Of a stretch of 64,000 nucleotides of DNA, positions 39,588-48,445 are shown in pieces. Source of the DNA: Sumerlaeia bacterium (GTDB taxonomy: Bacteria; Sumerlaeota; Sumerlaeia; SLMS01; JAHLLQ01). The position numbers and the translations under genes are program-made. A model generated the notes under the pieces. It saw nothing but the letters and a program-made list of their open reading frames with translations, had not been told where the DNA came from and did no database searches. Location: NCBI GenBank assembly GCA_040219255.1, contig JAVJSW010000012.1, positions 32,001 through 96,000 of the forward strand, read 5' to 3'. Position 1 is the stretch's first letter. Each line of letters opens with the position of its first letter.

Positions 39588-40745
39588 GTGCGGTGGCTTT
39601 GGGCGCTGGGGCTGTTGGCGACGGTGCTCTGCGCGGGTTGCCGGGCGGGGCGGGAAACGTTCGTCTATGAAGCGAACCCGGAGCGCGCCGGCTTCTCGCG
39701 CGACGCCTGGACCCAAATCGCCCTGCCCATCGAAGACGCGGTGCGCCAGGGCCAGATGCCCGGCGCCGTGATTTCCGTCGGGCGCGACGGCCGCATTGTC
39801 TTCGAGCGCGCTTTCGGCACTCGCGATCCGATGGCCAAAGGCCGCCCCCCCATGACCCGCGACACCCTGTTCGATGTGGCGTCACTGACCAAGCCGGTGG
39901 CGACGGCGGCGGCGGTGGGGGCGCTGGTCTGCGAAGGCCTGCTCGCGGCGGACGGCGGAATTCCCGGCGAGGAACTGTCGCTCGACGCTCTTCTGACCCA
40001 TTCGGCGGGTTTGCCTGAGTACATCGACCCACGGCGCCTGGCGAGTGTCCCCGGCGGCCCTGGCCGTCCCGGATCGACGGCGCTGGCCCTCGCCCGGGCG
40101 GAGAACGTTCTGAGTCCGGGCGGCCAATACCGCTACGGGAACCTGGGTTATCTGCTGCTGTCGCAGTTCGTGGAGGACCAGACCGGCGAAGCGCTCGGCG
40201 ATTTCGCCGCGGACGAGGTGTGGCGGCCGCTGGGCATGACGCGGACGACGTTTCATCCGGCGGCGGTCGAAGAACGCCTGGCGCGGTCGGCGGGCGATGT
40301 GCCGCTGGGCCGGCCGTTCGATCCGCTGGCGCATTGGGTGCTGCTGAACGCGCCGGGGCGGGACCCGGGCCACAGCGGGTTGTTCTCGACAGCGACGGAC
40401 CTGACGCGATTTGCGCAGTCGGTGCTGGCGCCGGCCGGCCAGCGCTGGCAGTGTCTGTCGGCCTTTCTTCTCGGAGGCGGCCGGGAAATCCCCCACTGGC
40501 CCGGGCCGGAGGGCGTGGCCCTGGCGGGCGCCGCCCGCCGCACCCGCGCCTTCGCCCTCGCTGACGACGGCAGCCTGAGCCACACCGGCTACACGGGGGC
40601 GGTGCTCTATCTGGACCCTGAGACCGGGCTTTCAATTGTGCTGCTGACGAACGCTTCCTATGGCAATGCGGCAGAGTTTGAAGACCTCTGGGCGGCAGTG
40701 CTCCGCACCACCCGCCGCAGCCTGAAAGAAGATCGCTCGCCATGA
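39588..40745 (+). CDS. Serine hydrolase, beta-lactamase/AmpC-like family lipoprotein
   Basis: FDVASLTK (SxxK), LLTHSAGL, YRYGN, GHSGLFST, HTGYTG, LLTN; lipobox CAGC. Confidence 0.88.
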   Translation: MRWLWALGLLATVLCAGCRAGRETFVYEANPERAGFSRDAWTQIALPIEDAVRQGQMPGAVISVGRDGRIVFERAFGTRDPMAKGRPPMTRDTLFDVASLTKPVATAAAVGALVCEGLLAADGGIPGEELSLDALLTHSAGLPEYIDPRRLASVPGGPGRPGSTALALARAENVLSPGGQYRYGNLGYLLLSQFVEDQTGEALGDFAADEVWRPLGMTRTTFHPAAVEERLARSAGDVPLGRPFDPLAHWVLLNAPGRDPGHSGLFSTATDLTRFAQSVLAPAGQRWQCLSAFLLGGGREIPHWPGPEGVALAGAARRTRAFALADDGSLSHTGYTGAVLYLDPETGLSIVLLTNASYGNAAEFEDLWAAVLRTTRRSLKEDRSP

Positions 40746-41242
40746 CCGAACCCCAAGACCCGACGCACCAAGACCTGACCCACCTGAACGCCAAGGGCGA
40801 AGCCCACATGGTCGATGTGGGCGCGAAAGCCACCACCGGCCGCGAAGCCATCGCGGAGGGCGAACTGCTCGCCCGGGCCGAGGTGCTCGACGCGCTCTTC
40901 GGCGGAAAGCTGGCCAAGGGCGATGCGCTCGCCGTGGCGCGGGTCGCGGGGATTCAGGCGGCGAAACGCACCGCCGAACTGATTCCGCTCTGCCATCCCA
41001 TCGCCACGACCTACGTGGCCGTCGACATCGACCGTGCCGCCGGCCGCGACGCCGCCGTTGTGCGCGCCACGGTGCGCGTGACGGAGAAAACCGGCGCCGA
41101 AATGGAAGCCATGACGGCCGTCGGCGTGGCGCTCTTGACGCTCTACGACATGGGCAAAGCCCTGCAGAAAGACATGAAAATCACCGCTCTCCGCCTGCGC
41201 AAGAAGACCGGCGGGAAGAGCGGTGACGTGGAGTTTGACTGA
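40742..41242 (+). CDS. moaC: Cyclic pyranopterin monophosphate synthase MoaC
   Basis: LTH..KGEAHMVDV..K..T.R.A, KGD, AAKRT.ELIPLCHP, TG.EMEA, YDM.KA, K.GGKSG. Confidence 0.96.
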   Translation: MTEPQDPTHQDLTHLNAKGEAHMVDVGAKATTGREAIAEGELLARAEVLDALFGGKLAKGDALAVARVAGIQAAKRTAELIPLCHPIATTYVAVDIDRAAGRDAAVVRATVRVTEKTGAEMEAMTAVGVALLTLYDMGKALQKDMKITALRLRKKTGGKSGDVEFD

Positions 41243-41253
41243 TTGGCCGGGGG

Positions 41254-41418
41254 TTACTTCCCGAAGATCAGGTACAAGGCGTGCAGGAAGCCGAGGATCC
41301 AGAAGCCGATGATGGTCAGGACCAGGTTGATCCAGAAGTCGGCGTTGATGCCGCTGCGGAGAAAAACCGCCAGCGGCGGCAGGAAGAAGGCGATGATGGC
41401 GAGGATCGGTTTGCTCAT
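41254..41418 (-). CDS. YqaE/Pmp3 family small membrane protein (54 aa, not in ORF track)
   Basis: Hand translation MSKPILAIIAFFLPPLAVFLRSGINADFWINLVLTIIGFWILGFLHALYLIFGK; AAGGA RBS upstream. Confidence 0.88.
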   Translation of the reverse strand: MSKPILAIIAFFLPPLAVFLRSGINADFWINLVLTIIGFWILGFLHALYLIFGK

Positions 41419-41505
41419 GAGTATGATGTTCCTTGAGTTGGTTATGCAGGAAAGGATCGGAGAACCCTTCCGTGGTTCAATCCCTCAAGCAACATCAGGT
41501 CCGGG

Positions 41506-42249
41506 TCAGACTTTTTGCGCCACCAGAACCATCTCCGTGCTTTGACGGGGATCGAACTCTTCGTCATCAAAGTCCTCCGACACGCTTTTTAGGGCAAGCC
41601 CCACCTTCGTCATGGCCCGTTCGATTTCCGTTTTCGTATAAAGCCGCAGGGCGAATTGCCAGGCCTGCTCCTCGCCGGTGCCCAGATGGCGCCAGACGCC
41701 GCCGCCGATCAAGGACTTGCTGTCCTTGTCCACGCGGTACTGCTCGGTCAGTTCGTGATCGCCGCTGATCATCATGCGCGGTGCCGTCTCGCGGATCAGC
41801 GACGCCATACCGGTGCGATTGGGAATCTGCATGACGAAGGGAGCACCGGGCGAGAGCACCCGCGCCCACTCGGCCAGCATCGCCAGGTTGTCCTCGTGCG
41901 GAAAATAGCCGAAGGTGTTGAATACGCAATAGAGCCCGGAGAAGGCCCCGCCAGCGAAAGGCAGTGCCCGCATATCGCCCTGCACGGCGCGGCGGCCGCG
42001 CTTGGGATGGCGGTCCAGCAGATGGCGGAAGCGGTCGATCCCGACGACATCGATCTTCTGTTTGCGCAGGCGCTTCAGATGGCGGCCAAAGCCACAGCCC
42101 ACATCGAGCACCAGACCGCCAGCGGGGGCGAAGACTTCGGCCAGGAAATCGGCTTCGATCTCCGTCTGGTCCTCATCCAGGAGAGGACCTTCGTACATGG
42201 AACGGTAGAGCGGCGAGAAGTAGGTCCGCCACCAATCAACTGGCAGCAC
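41506..42249 (-). CDS. Class I SAM-dependent methyltransferase
   Basis: VLDVGCGFGRH, GDMRALPF, FNTFGYF, L.PG, LRLY. Confidence 0.88.
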   Translation of the reverse strand: MLPVDWWRTYFSPLYRSMYEGPLLDEDQTEIEADFLAEVFAPAGGLVLDVGCGFGRHLKRLRKQKIDVVGIDRFRHLLDRHPKRGRRAVQGDMRALPFAGGAFSGLYCVFNTFGYFPHEDNLAMLAEWARVLSPGAPFVMQIPNRTGMASLIRETAPRMMISGDHELTEQYRVDKDSKSLIGGGVWRHLGTGEEQAWQFALRLYTKTEIERAMTKVGLALKSVSEDFDDEEFDPRQSTEMVLVAQKV

Positions 42250-43360
42250 CGGCGGTCTCCCGGCAGTCGCGGATCACGGCGCGAACTTCGTCGTCCGTCA
42301 CGTCTCGGACGATGTCCACGTGGCCCAGGCGGGTGGGCAGGACGTAGTTGACCTTGCCGTTGCGGGTTTTCTTGTCGATGCGAGTGCGGCGGAGAAGCTG
42401 CTCCTCGCCCAGGGTGGCGGGAATACGGGTTGGCAGGTTGGCCTTCTCGATCAGCGCCACCAGGCGCTCGTGCTCTCTCTCGGTCCAGCCCTCGATGCCG
42501 CGCCTCACGGTCAGCAGCGAGGCCGCCACCATACCGATAGCGACACATTCGCCGTGGCGCAGGCCGCCGTAGTCGGCTTCCGCCTCGACGGCGTGGCCCA
42601 GCGTGTGGCCAAAGTTCAGAATCGCCCGCAGGCCCGACTCGCGCTCGTCCTGAGACACCACGTCGGCCTTGATTTCGACACTGCGCTGAATTGTGTGGAC
42701 GAGGTGCGAGACGTCGGCGGGATCGAAGAGAACCTCGATGTGCCCTTCAAGAAAGGCGAAGAACTCGGCGTCGTAAATCACACCGTACTTGATGACTTCG
42801 GCGAGGCCCGAAGCCCGTTCTTCAGCGGGCAGAGTTTGCAGCAGATCCAGATCGGCGACCACGAGGCGGGGCTGATGAAAGGCGCCGACGAGGTTCTTGC
42901 CTTGCGGAAGATTGATGCCCGTCTTGCCGCCGACGCTGCTATCGACCATGGCGAGAAGAGTCGTCGGGACCTGGACAAAGGAGACGCCGCGCAGGTAGCT
43001 GGCCGCCGCGAACCCGGCGAGATCGCCGACCATGCCGCCGCCCAGGGCAACAACGCTGGACCCGCGATCAAAGTTGCCGTCGGCCAAGACGCCCCAAATG
43101 CGGGCCACTTCGTCCGCGTTCTTGCTGGCTTCGCCGCTGGGCACCTGATGGATGGCACAGTCGAAACCGGCGTCTGCGAGCTTGCGGAAAATCAACTTTC
43201 CCGCGGGCGAGGCGACCGCTTCATCGCAGACGATGAGCGTCTGATTGCCAGCGACGGCGGCACGCAGCGTTTCGCCCAGCGTGTCGATCAGGCGCCGGCC
43301 GATCAGAATGTCATAGGAGCGGTCGCCCAAGGCGACGGAGACTCGAGCCTGAGGAGCCAT
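42236..43360 (-). CDS. aroB: 3-dehydroquinate synthase
   Basis: GGGMVGDLAGF, VPTTLLAMVDSSVGGKTGIN, KNLVGAFHQP, LNFGHTLGHA, HGECV. Confidence 0.97.
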   Translation of the reverse strand: MAPQARVSVALGDRSYDILIGRRLIDTLGETLRAAVAGNQTLIVCDEAVASPAGKLIFRKLADAGFDCAIHQVPSGEASKNADEVARIWGVLADGNFDRGSSVVALGGGMVGDLAGFAAASYLRGVSFVQVPTTLLAMVDSSVGGKTGINLPQGKNLVGAFHQPRLVVADLDLLQTLPAEERASGLAEVIKYGVIYDAEFFAFLEGHIEVLFDPADVSHLVHTIQRSVEIKADVVSQDERESGLRAILNFGHTLGHAVEAEADYGGLRHGECVAIGMVAASLLTVRRGIEGWTEREHERLVALIEKANLPTRIPATLGEEQLLRRTRIDKKTRNGKVNYVLPTRLGHVDIVRDVTDDEVRAVIRDCRETAGAAS

Positions 43361-43393
43361 AAGCTGGGCCGGAAGGGAAGCGGAGAGAGTGGA

Positions 43394-43765
43394 TTATTCG
43401 GAGACAGGGGCGGCTTCGCCACCGGCGTCCGGCGCCGCGGCGGCCGGAGCGGCGGAGGGGACGGTCTGGACGCTGGCCGGCGCGGGCTGATCGTCGGCCA
43501 AAGTGCCCAACGGCGAGGCGCCGCGGGAATTGCCCATGAACGTCAGCAGGAAGCAGAGAACGAAAAAGGCGCCCATCGTAATGCCGGTGATGTTGGCGAG
43601 TTTCCTTTCGGCGTCGGTGGCGCCGAAGGATTCAGTAATCGCCGTGCCGGCGGCGCCACCGCCAAGACCGCCCATGCCGCCGGATTTCGACGGCTGGATC
43701 AGCACCACCAGGATGATGAAGAGGCAGAGGATGACGAAAACGAGACCGAGAAGAAAAAGAAGCAT
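43394..43765 (-). CDS. secG: Preprotein translocase subunit SecG
   Basis: TM, then 'VLIQPSKSGGMGGLGGG...FG', a second TM and a low-complexity tail. Confidence 0.88.
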   Translation of the reverse strand: MLLFLLGLVFVILCLFIILVVLIQPSKSGGMGGLGGGAAGTAITESFGATDAERKLANITGITMGAFFVLCFLLTFMGNSRGASPLGTLADDQPAPASVQTVPSAAPAAAAPDAGGEAAPVSE

Positions 43766-43862
43766 GATGACGTTGGCTGCCGTTGAGGACACGGGATTGG
43801 AGCGCGCGAACATAGCGCTCGCACGAAAGGGGCCGAAGCGTGGGCGCGGGGCGGGCGGGCTG

Positions 43863-44429
43863 TCAAGGGCAGAAGGCTGCCGGGCCCGCCTTCGCGTATT
43901 TCTCGCGGTACAGTTCGAGGGCGAGTTCGATCTGGCGCTTGGCGTTCTTCGCGCCCTTCCATCCGAGGCCGCGGACGCTGGTGCCTTCCAGGTCCTTGTA
44001 GGTCGCGAAGAAGTGGGCGATTTCGTCCTGGGCGTGCTCCGACATGTCGTCGATGTCCTGCCAGTGGCGGAACCGGGGGTTCGTGGCGGGGACGCACAGA
44101 ATCTTGTCGTCGTGCTGACTTTGGTCCAGCATGCGGAAGATGCCGATGGGGCGGGCGTGGATCACACAGCCGACGCGGGTCGGTTCGTCGAGGATCACAA
44201 GGACGTCGAGAGGGTCGTCGTCGAGGTAGTGGGTCTGGGGTATGAAGCCGTAGTCGCCCGGGTAGATCATGGGCGAGTAAAGCGTGCGCGAGAGTTTGAA
44301 CATCCCCGTCTCTTTGTGCAGTTCGTACTTATTGCGCGAGCCCTTGGGGATCTCGACCACCACATTGATAATGTCGGGGGGGTTCTCGCCCGGAGAAAGT
44401 TCGTGTAGAGGATGCATCGGCGCGTCCAT
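43863..44429 (-). CDS. ppa: Inorganic pyrophosphatase (family I)
   Basis: EIPKGSRNKYE, YPGDYGFIPQT, DDDPLDVLV, DDKILCVP, HFF.TYK.LE. Confidence 0.95.
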   Translation of the reverse strand: MDAPMHPLHELSPGENPPDIINVVVEIPKGSRNKYELHKETGMFKLSRTLYSPMIYPGDYGFIPQTHYLDDDPLDVLVILDEPTRVGCVIHARPIGIFRMLDQSQHDDKILCVPATNPRFRHWQDIDDMSEHAQDEIAHFFATYKDLEGTSVRGLGWKGAKNAKRQIELALELYREKYAKAGPAAFCP

Positions 44430-44499
44430 ATCGGATAGGTATGACCCATTGCCACGCGGCGGGCGGGGTGGTGTCAAGGCCGGGGGGCGCCCCAGCCCA

Positions 44500-45138
44500 T
44501 CAAGGCAGCCCAACGACCTTGTGCAACTGAAGGCTCAGGGACCATTGGGGATGCTCCAGACAATAGCGCATCGCCGCCCGCAGATTGGCGTCCTGATCCG
44601 GGCCGTCCATCGGTTGCAGGTAGAAGCGGTCGAAATCCAAATGGGCGACATCTTCGGGCCGCAGCGCCGTCTGCGGATAGACGAGCTTGAGTTCGTTGCC
44701 GCGCCTCAGGACCAGTTTGGCGTTGGCTTTCGGGCTGACGCAGACCCAGTCCACGCCGCCGGGCACGGGGCGGGTGCCGTTGGTTTCGACGGCGACCTCG
44801 AAGCCGCGGGCGTGCAGGGCCTCGACCAGCGCCGTGGTCAGTTGAAGGAGCGGCTCTCCTCCGGTACAGACCACGTAGGGACGGGCGTGGGCGGCCTCCG
44901 CTGGCCAGAGGGCGGCAATGGCCTCAGCAAGGCTTTCGGCGTCCGGAAAGTGCCCGCCGCCGGGCCCATCGACGCCCAGGAATTCGGTGTCGCAGAACTG
45001 GCAAATGGCGCGGGCGCGGCCTTCCTCGCGGCCCGACCACAGATTGCAGCCCGTGAAGCGGCAGAAGACGGCGGGCCGGCCGGCGTGGGCGCCTTCGCCC
45101 TGCATGGTGTAGAAGATGGATTTGACGGCGAAACTCAC
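44500..45138 (-). CDS. queE: 7-carboxy-7-deazaguanine synthase (radical SAM, CX14CX2C type)
   Basis: QGEG..AG..AVFCRF.GCNLWSG.......ICQFCDT, TGGEPLLQL, ETNGT, VSPK, LQLHK. Confidence 0.95.
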   Translation of the reverse strand: MSFAVKSIFYTMQGEGAHAGRPAVFCRFTGCNLWSGREEGRARAICQFCDTEFLGVDGPGGGHFPDAESLAEAIAALWPAEAAHARPYVVCTGGEPLLQLTTALVEALHARGFEVAVETNGTRPVPGGVDWVCVSPKANAKLVLRRGNELKLVYPQTALRPEDVAHLDFDRFYLQPMDGPDQDANLRAAMRYCLEHPQWSLSLQLHKVVGLP

Positions 45139-45141
45139 GGG

Positions 45142-45837
45142 TTATCGGTTCGGTTGGTACTCCACGGGATCGGTCAGGCCGGCTTCGGCGAAGCCTTTCA
45201 GCCGCAACTGGCACGAGTCGCAAAGGCCGCACGGGCGCCCCTGATCGTCTGGATCGTAGCAGGAATGGGTCAGGCCATAATCCACGCCCAGGTCCGTGCC
45301 ACGGCGAATGATCTCGGCCTTGGTCAGGTGGATCAGCGGCGTGTGGATTTGGATGCTCTGGCCGCCGCCTTCGACGCCGGCCTTGGTGGCGAGGTTGGCC
45401 ATTTTCTGAAAGGCCGAAATGAACTCGGGCCGGCAATCGGGATAGCCGCTGTAATCGAGGGCGTTCACGCCGATGAAGATGTCGAACGCGCCAAGGACTT
45501 CGGCGTAGGCCAGCGCATAGGACAGGAAAATCGTGTTCCGCGCGGGGACATAGGTAACCGGAATGTCGGCCGCCATGGCGTCGGCGCCGCGGGATTTCGG
45601 TACGGCGATGTCGCTGGTCAGGGCGCTGCCGCCAAAGGCGCGGAGGTCGATGTGGACTTCGCGGTAATCGGCCACGGCGAAGGCCTGGGCCACGCGGCGC
45701 GCGGCCTGCATTTCGACGTGGTGGCGCTGCTGGTAATCGACGGCGAGCGCGCTCGGTTCGAAGCCCTCGGCTTTGGCGATGGCGAGGCAGGTGGTCGAAT
45801 CGAGGCCTCCGCTGAGGAGGACGGCGGCTTTTTTCAT
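45142..45837 (-). CDS. queC: 7-cyano-7-deazaguanine synthase
   Basis: [35 protein letters not shown]. Confidence 0.97.
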   Translation of the reverse strand: MKKAAVLLSGGLDSTTCLAIAKAEGFEPSALAVDYQQRHHVEMQAARRVAQAFAVADYREVHIDLRAFGGSALTSDIAVPKSRGADAMAADIPVTYVPARNTIFLSYALAYAEVLGAFDIFIGVNALDYSGYPDCRPEFISAFQKMANLATKAGVEGGGQSIQIHTPLIHLTKAEIIRRGTDLGVDYGLTHSCYDPDDQGRPCGLCDSCQLRLKGFAEAGLTDPVEYQPNR

Positions 45838-45847
45838 CGCGGTGGCA

Positions 45848-45897
45848 ACGCCCCTGTGGTCAAAGTTTCACGGCCCGGCGGCGCCCGCCGCGGCCCC
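45848..45897 (-). promoter_or_regulatory. Candidate H-type pseudoknot (riboswitch-like) in the queC-queE leader
   Basis: Minus strand GCGGC-GGGCGCCGCCGG-GCCGU-GAAACUUUGACCACA-GGGGCGU; loop GCGCC can pair with GGCGU overlapping the SD-like region. Confidence 0.4.
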
Positions 45898-45958
45898 AAA
45901 GCGAACCCTAACAACGGCAACGCCCCCCGCCTGTCAATGGCGGAGGCCTCGTCATTCC

Positions 45959-46077
45959 TTTTTTGGCCGCGGATGAATGGGATAAATGGGATCATTATTT
46001 TTGGGCCATGAGCCGGCCATTGAGAAACTTCACTTAAGAAAATCCCATTCATCTGCATTTATCCGCGGCTAAAAAAA
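45959..46077. repeat. ~119-nt imperfect inverted repeat with ~10-nt tandem units between divergent queC and queF
   Basis: TTTTTGGCCGCGGATGAATGGGATAAATGGGAT ... ATCCCATTCATCTGCATTTATCCGCGGCTAAAAAA. Confidence 0.75.
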
Positions 46078-46097
46078 TCAAAGGACCACCACCCCCC

Positions 46098-46520
46098 ATG
46101 ACCCATCAGGCCCCCCTTTCCGATACCACCGGCGTGACGATGCTGGGCTCGAACGAGCGCCAGCCCTCACCGCGGCTCGAGAGCTTTCCCTTCAAGGACC
46201 GTGGCCGATACACCACGGTGATTTTCCGCTGCACCGAATTCACCTGCGTCTGCCCCGTCACGGGCCAGCCCGATTTCGCCAAGCTCGACATCGAATACAT
46301 CCCCGCCGCCCGGGCGCTGGAGAGCAAGTCGCTGAAGAATTACCTGTGGAGTTTCCGCGACACCCCCGGTTTCCACGAGGACGTGGTGAACAAGATCCTC
46401 GACGACATCCGCGGCTTCCTCGATCCGGTCTGGATCCGCGTGACTGGCTACTTCAACATCCGGGGCGGCATTGCCATCGACGTGGTGGCCGAGACGGGGC
46501 CGAAGCCGGAGCAGCCGTAA
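46098..46520 (+). CDS. queF: NADPH-dependent preQ0 reductase (unimodular QueF)
   Basis: EFTCVCPVTGQPDFA, ESKSLKNYL.SFR, FHE..VN.I, F..RGGI. Confidence 0.95.
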   Translation: MTHQAPLSDTTGVTMLGSNERQPSPRLESFPFKDRGRYTTVIFRCTEFTCVCPVTGQPDFAKLDIEYIPAARALESKSLKNYLWSFRDTPGFHEDVVNKILDDIRGFLDPVWIRVTGYFNIRGGIAIDVVAETGPKPEQP

Positions 46521-46539
46521 GAGGGCAACTTCAGAAGAA

Positions 46540-46844
46540 TTCACCACGGAGACACGGAGGCACGGAGATGGTTGTTGCAAGGGAGGTTACGTGCAGCAGA
46601 TAGGAGATTCCATGCTTTGTGGGATGGCGAGGAAGGGCGATTTGCTGCATTCAAGGAAGTCTACGAAGCTCCTGCAAATCGACAGATTCCCTCGCTACTT
46701 TCTGCGCGAACGGACAAAAACAAGCGAACAGCGCTCTGCGCCCCAGATTATGAGTCATTGAGAAAACTGAGTCTGCCAATTCATCAAGCCGCCCCTCTAT
46801 CACTCCTCTGTGAAACCTCCACCCTCTGTGATCTCCGTGGTTTA
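46540..46844. repeat. ~305-nt element with imperfect inverted ends (copy B)
   Basis: Left arm TTCACCACGGAGACACGGAGGCACGGAGATG (29/31 identical to copy A); right arm CTCTGTGAAACCTCCACCCTCTGTGATCTCCGTGGTTTA. Confidence 0.75.
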
Positions 46845-47023
46845 ATGATCGAAAAACGACTCGTGTGGTCCAAGATTCCCCTTGCCCCGCACGAGCCCAG
46901 GGAGCGACCCGTCTCCGTTTGTTGAGAGGTCCTCCCCTATTTCTTCACTGTTCGTGTAACGATTCGAAATTGCCTTTAGTAAAGATTGATCTTTAGATTT
47001 TTCTGCTTCGATGGTGGAATACT

Positions 47024-48445
47024 TTGCTCTTTAACTCCCTAACCTTCGTTGTCTTCTTCGCCGTTGTGTTGATTTTGCACAACATGCCGTTTTCCTGGAA
47101 GACGAAAAAGCTGAACCTGCTGCTGGCCAGCTATCTGTTCTACGCCGCGTGGAACCCGCCGCTGATTGTGCTGCTGTGGATTTCCACGATGGCGGACTGG
47201 TACTGCGGCAAGGCGCTGGCCCGCGCCGAAGGCTCCGCCAAGCGCCGCCTGCTTCTCGCCGTCAGCCTCGTCGCCAACCTGGGGATGCTCGGCATCTTCA
47301 AGTACGGCAATTTCCTGCTCGACAATTTCGTGTTCCTGACCGGCAAGCTCGGCATGACCTACTCGCCGCCGGAATGGAGCATCATTCTTCCCGTCGGCAT
47401 TTCATTTTATACGTTCCAAACGTTGACCTATACGTTCGATATTTATCGCAAGCGCCTGGAACCGGTGAAGTCCTTCCTGGACTACGCCCTCTATGTGACC
47501 TTCTTCCCCCAGCTCGTCGCCGGCCCCATCGTCCGCGCGGCCGAGTTTCTGCCCCAATGCGTCGAGCCCCCCAAGATCACCCGCAACCAATTCGTCTGGG
47601 GTCTCTACCTGATCACGCTCGGCCTGTTCCAGAAGGTCGTCCTCGCCGACGGCTTCCTGTCCGATCCGGCGGAGGCGGTCTTCAGCCATGCGGGATTCGT
47701 GGTGCCGCTGGATGCCTGGGCGGGAGTGATGGCGTTCTCGGGCCAGATTTTCTGCGACTTCGCCGGCTACACGACCTGCGCCATCGGCACGGCGCTGTGC
47801 CTGGGGTTCATGCTGCCCGACAACTTCCGCTTTCCCTATGCGGCGCTTGGATTCTCCGACTTCTGGCGCCGGTGGCATATCACGCTGTCCACGTGGCTTC
47901 GCGATTACGTTTACATCTCCTTTGGCGGCAACCGGCGCGGCACGATCCGCACGCTGATCAACCTGATGGTGACGATGTTTCTCGGCGGGCTTTGGCACGG
48001 CGCGGCCTGGACCTTTGTGGTTTGGGGTGTGCTCCATGGGCTCTACTTGGTCGGGGAACGCCTCCTCAAGGCCGCCTTCGGCGGTGCCGCGTGGGTCAAG
48101 ACCCTCGGCGCCGAGATCGGTCTGGTGCTGCTGACCAACGCCCTGGTGTGCGTGGCGTGGGTGTTTTTCCGCGCGACGACCTTCGAGGGCGCCGGCCGCG
48201 TTCTCCAGTCCATGTTCGCCCTCATGCCCGAAGCCGCCCCCGTCCTGACGACGTTCGACCTGCTGGCGGCGCTGGCGATTTACGCGGGGATTTTGCTGAC
48301 CCATTGGTTCCTGCGCCATTCGCGGACGGAAAACTTCGTATCCCGCGCGCCCGGCTGGGCCGTGGCCATCGTGTGGGCCGCCATGCTGGTGGCGCTGATT
48401 CTGACGCAAGGAGGCGGCGATGCCTTTATCTACTTCCAGTTCTGA
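47024..48445 (+). CDS. MBOAT family O-acyltransferase (AlgI/PatA/DltB-like)
   Basis: MLFNS..F, LPVGISFYTFQ, FFPQLVAGPI, DFAGY, FWRRWHITLS.WLRDY.Y, GLWHGA, FIYFQF. Confidence 0.95.
   Translation: MLFNSLTFVVFFAVVLILHNMPFSWKTKKLNLLLASYLFYAAWNPPLIVLLWISTMADWYCGKALARAEGSAKRRLLLAVSLVANLGMLGIFKYGNFLLDNFVFLTGKLGMTYSPPEWSIILPVGISFYTFQTLTYTFDIYRKRLEPVKSFLDYALYVTFFPQLVAGPIVRAAEFLPQCVEPPKITRNQFVWGLYLITLGLFQKVVLADGFLSDPAEAVFSHAGFVVPLDAWAGVMAFSGQIFCDFAGYTTCAIGTALCLGFMLPDNFRFPYAALGFSDFWRRWHITLSTWLRDYVYISFGGNRRGTIRTLINLMVTMFLGGLWHGAAWTFVVWGVLHGLYLVGERLLKAAFGGAAWVKTLGAEIGLVLLTNALVCVAWVFFRATTFEGAGRVLQSMFALMPEAAPVLTTFDLLAALAIYAGILLTHWFLRHSRTENFVSRAPGWAVAIVWAAMLVALILTQGGGDAFIYFQF

Noticed and set aside
44500-46520. 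que genes as a 7-deazaguanine DNA-modification (dpd) island
   Set aside because: No dpdA/tgt paralogue or dpd genes nearby; queF points to tRNA queuosine synthesis.
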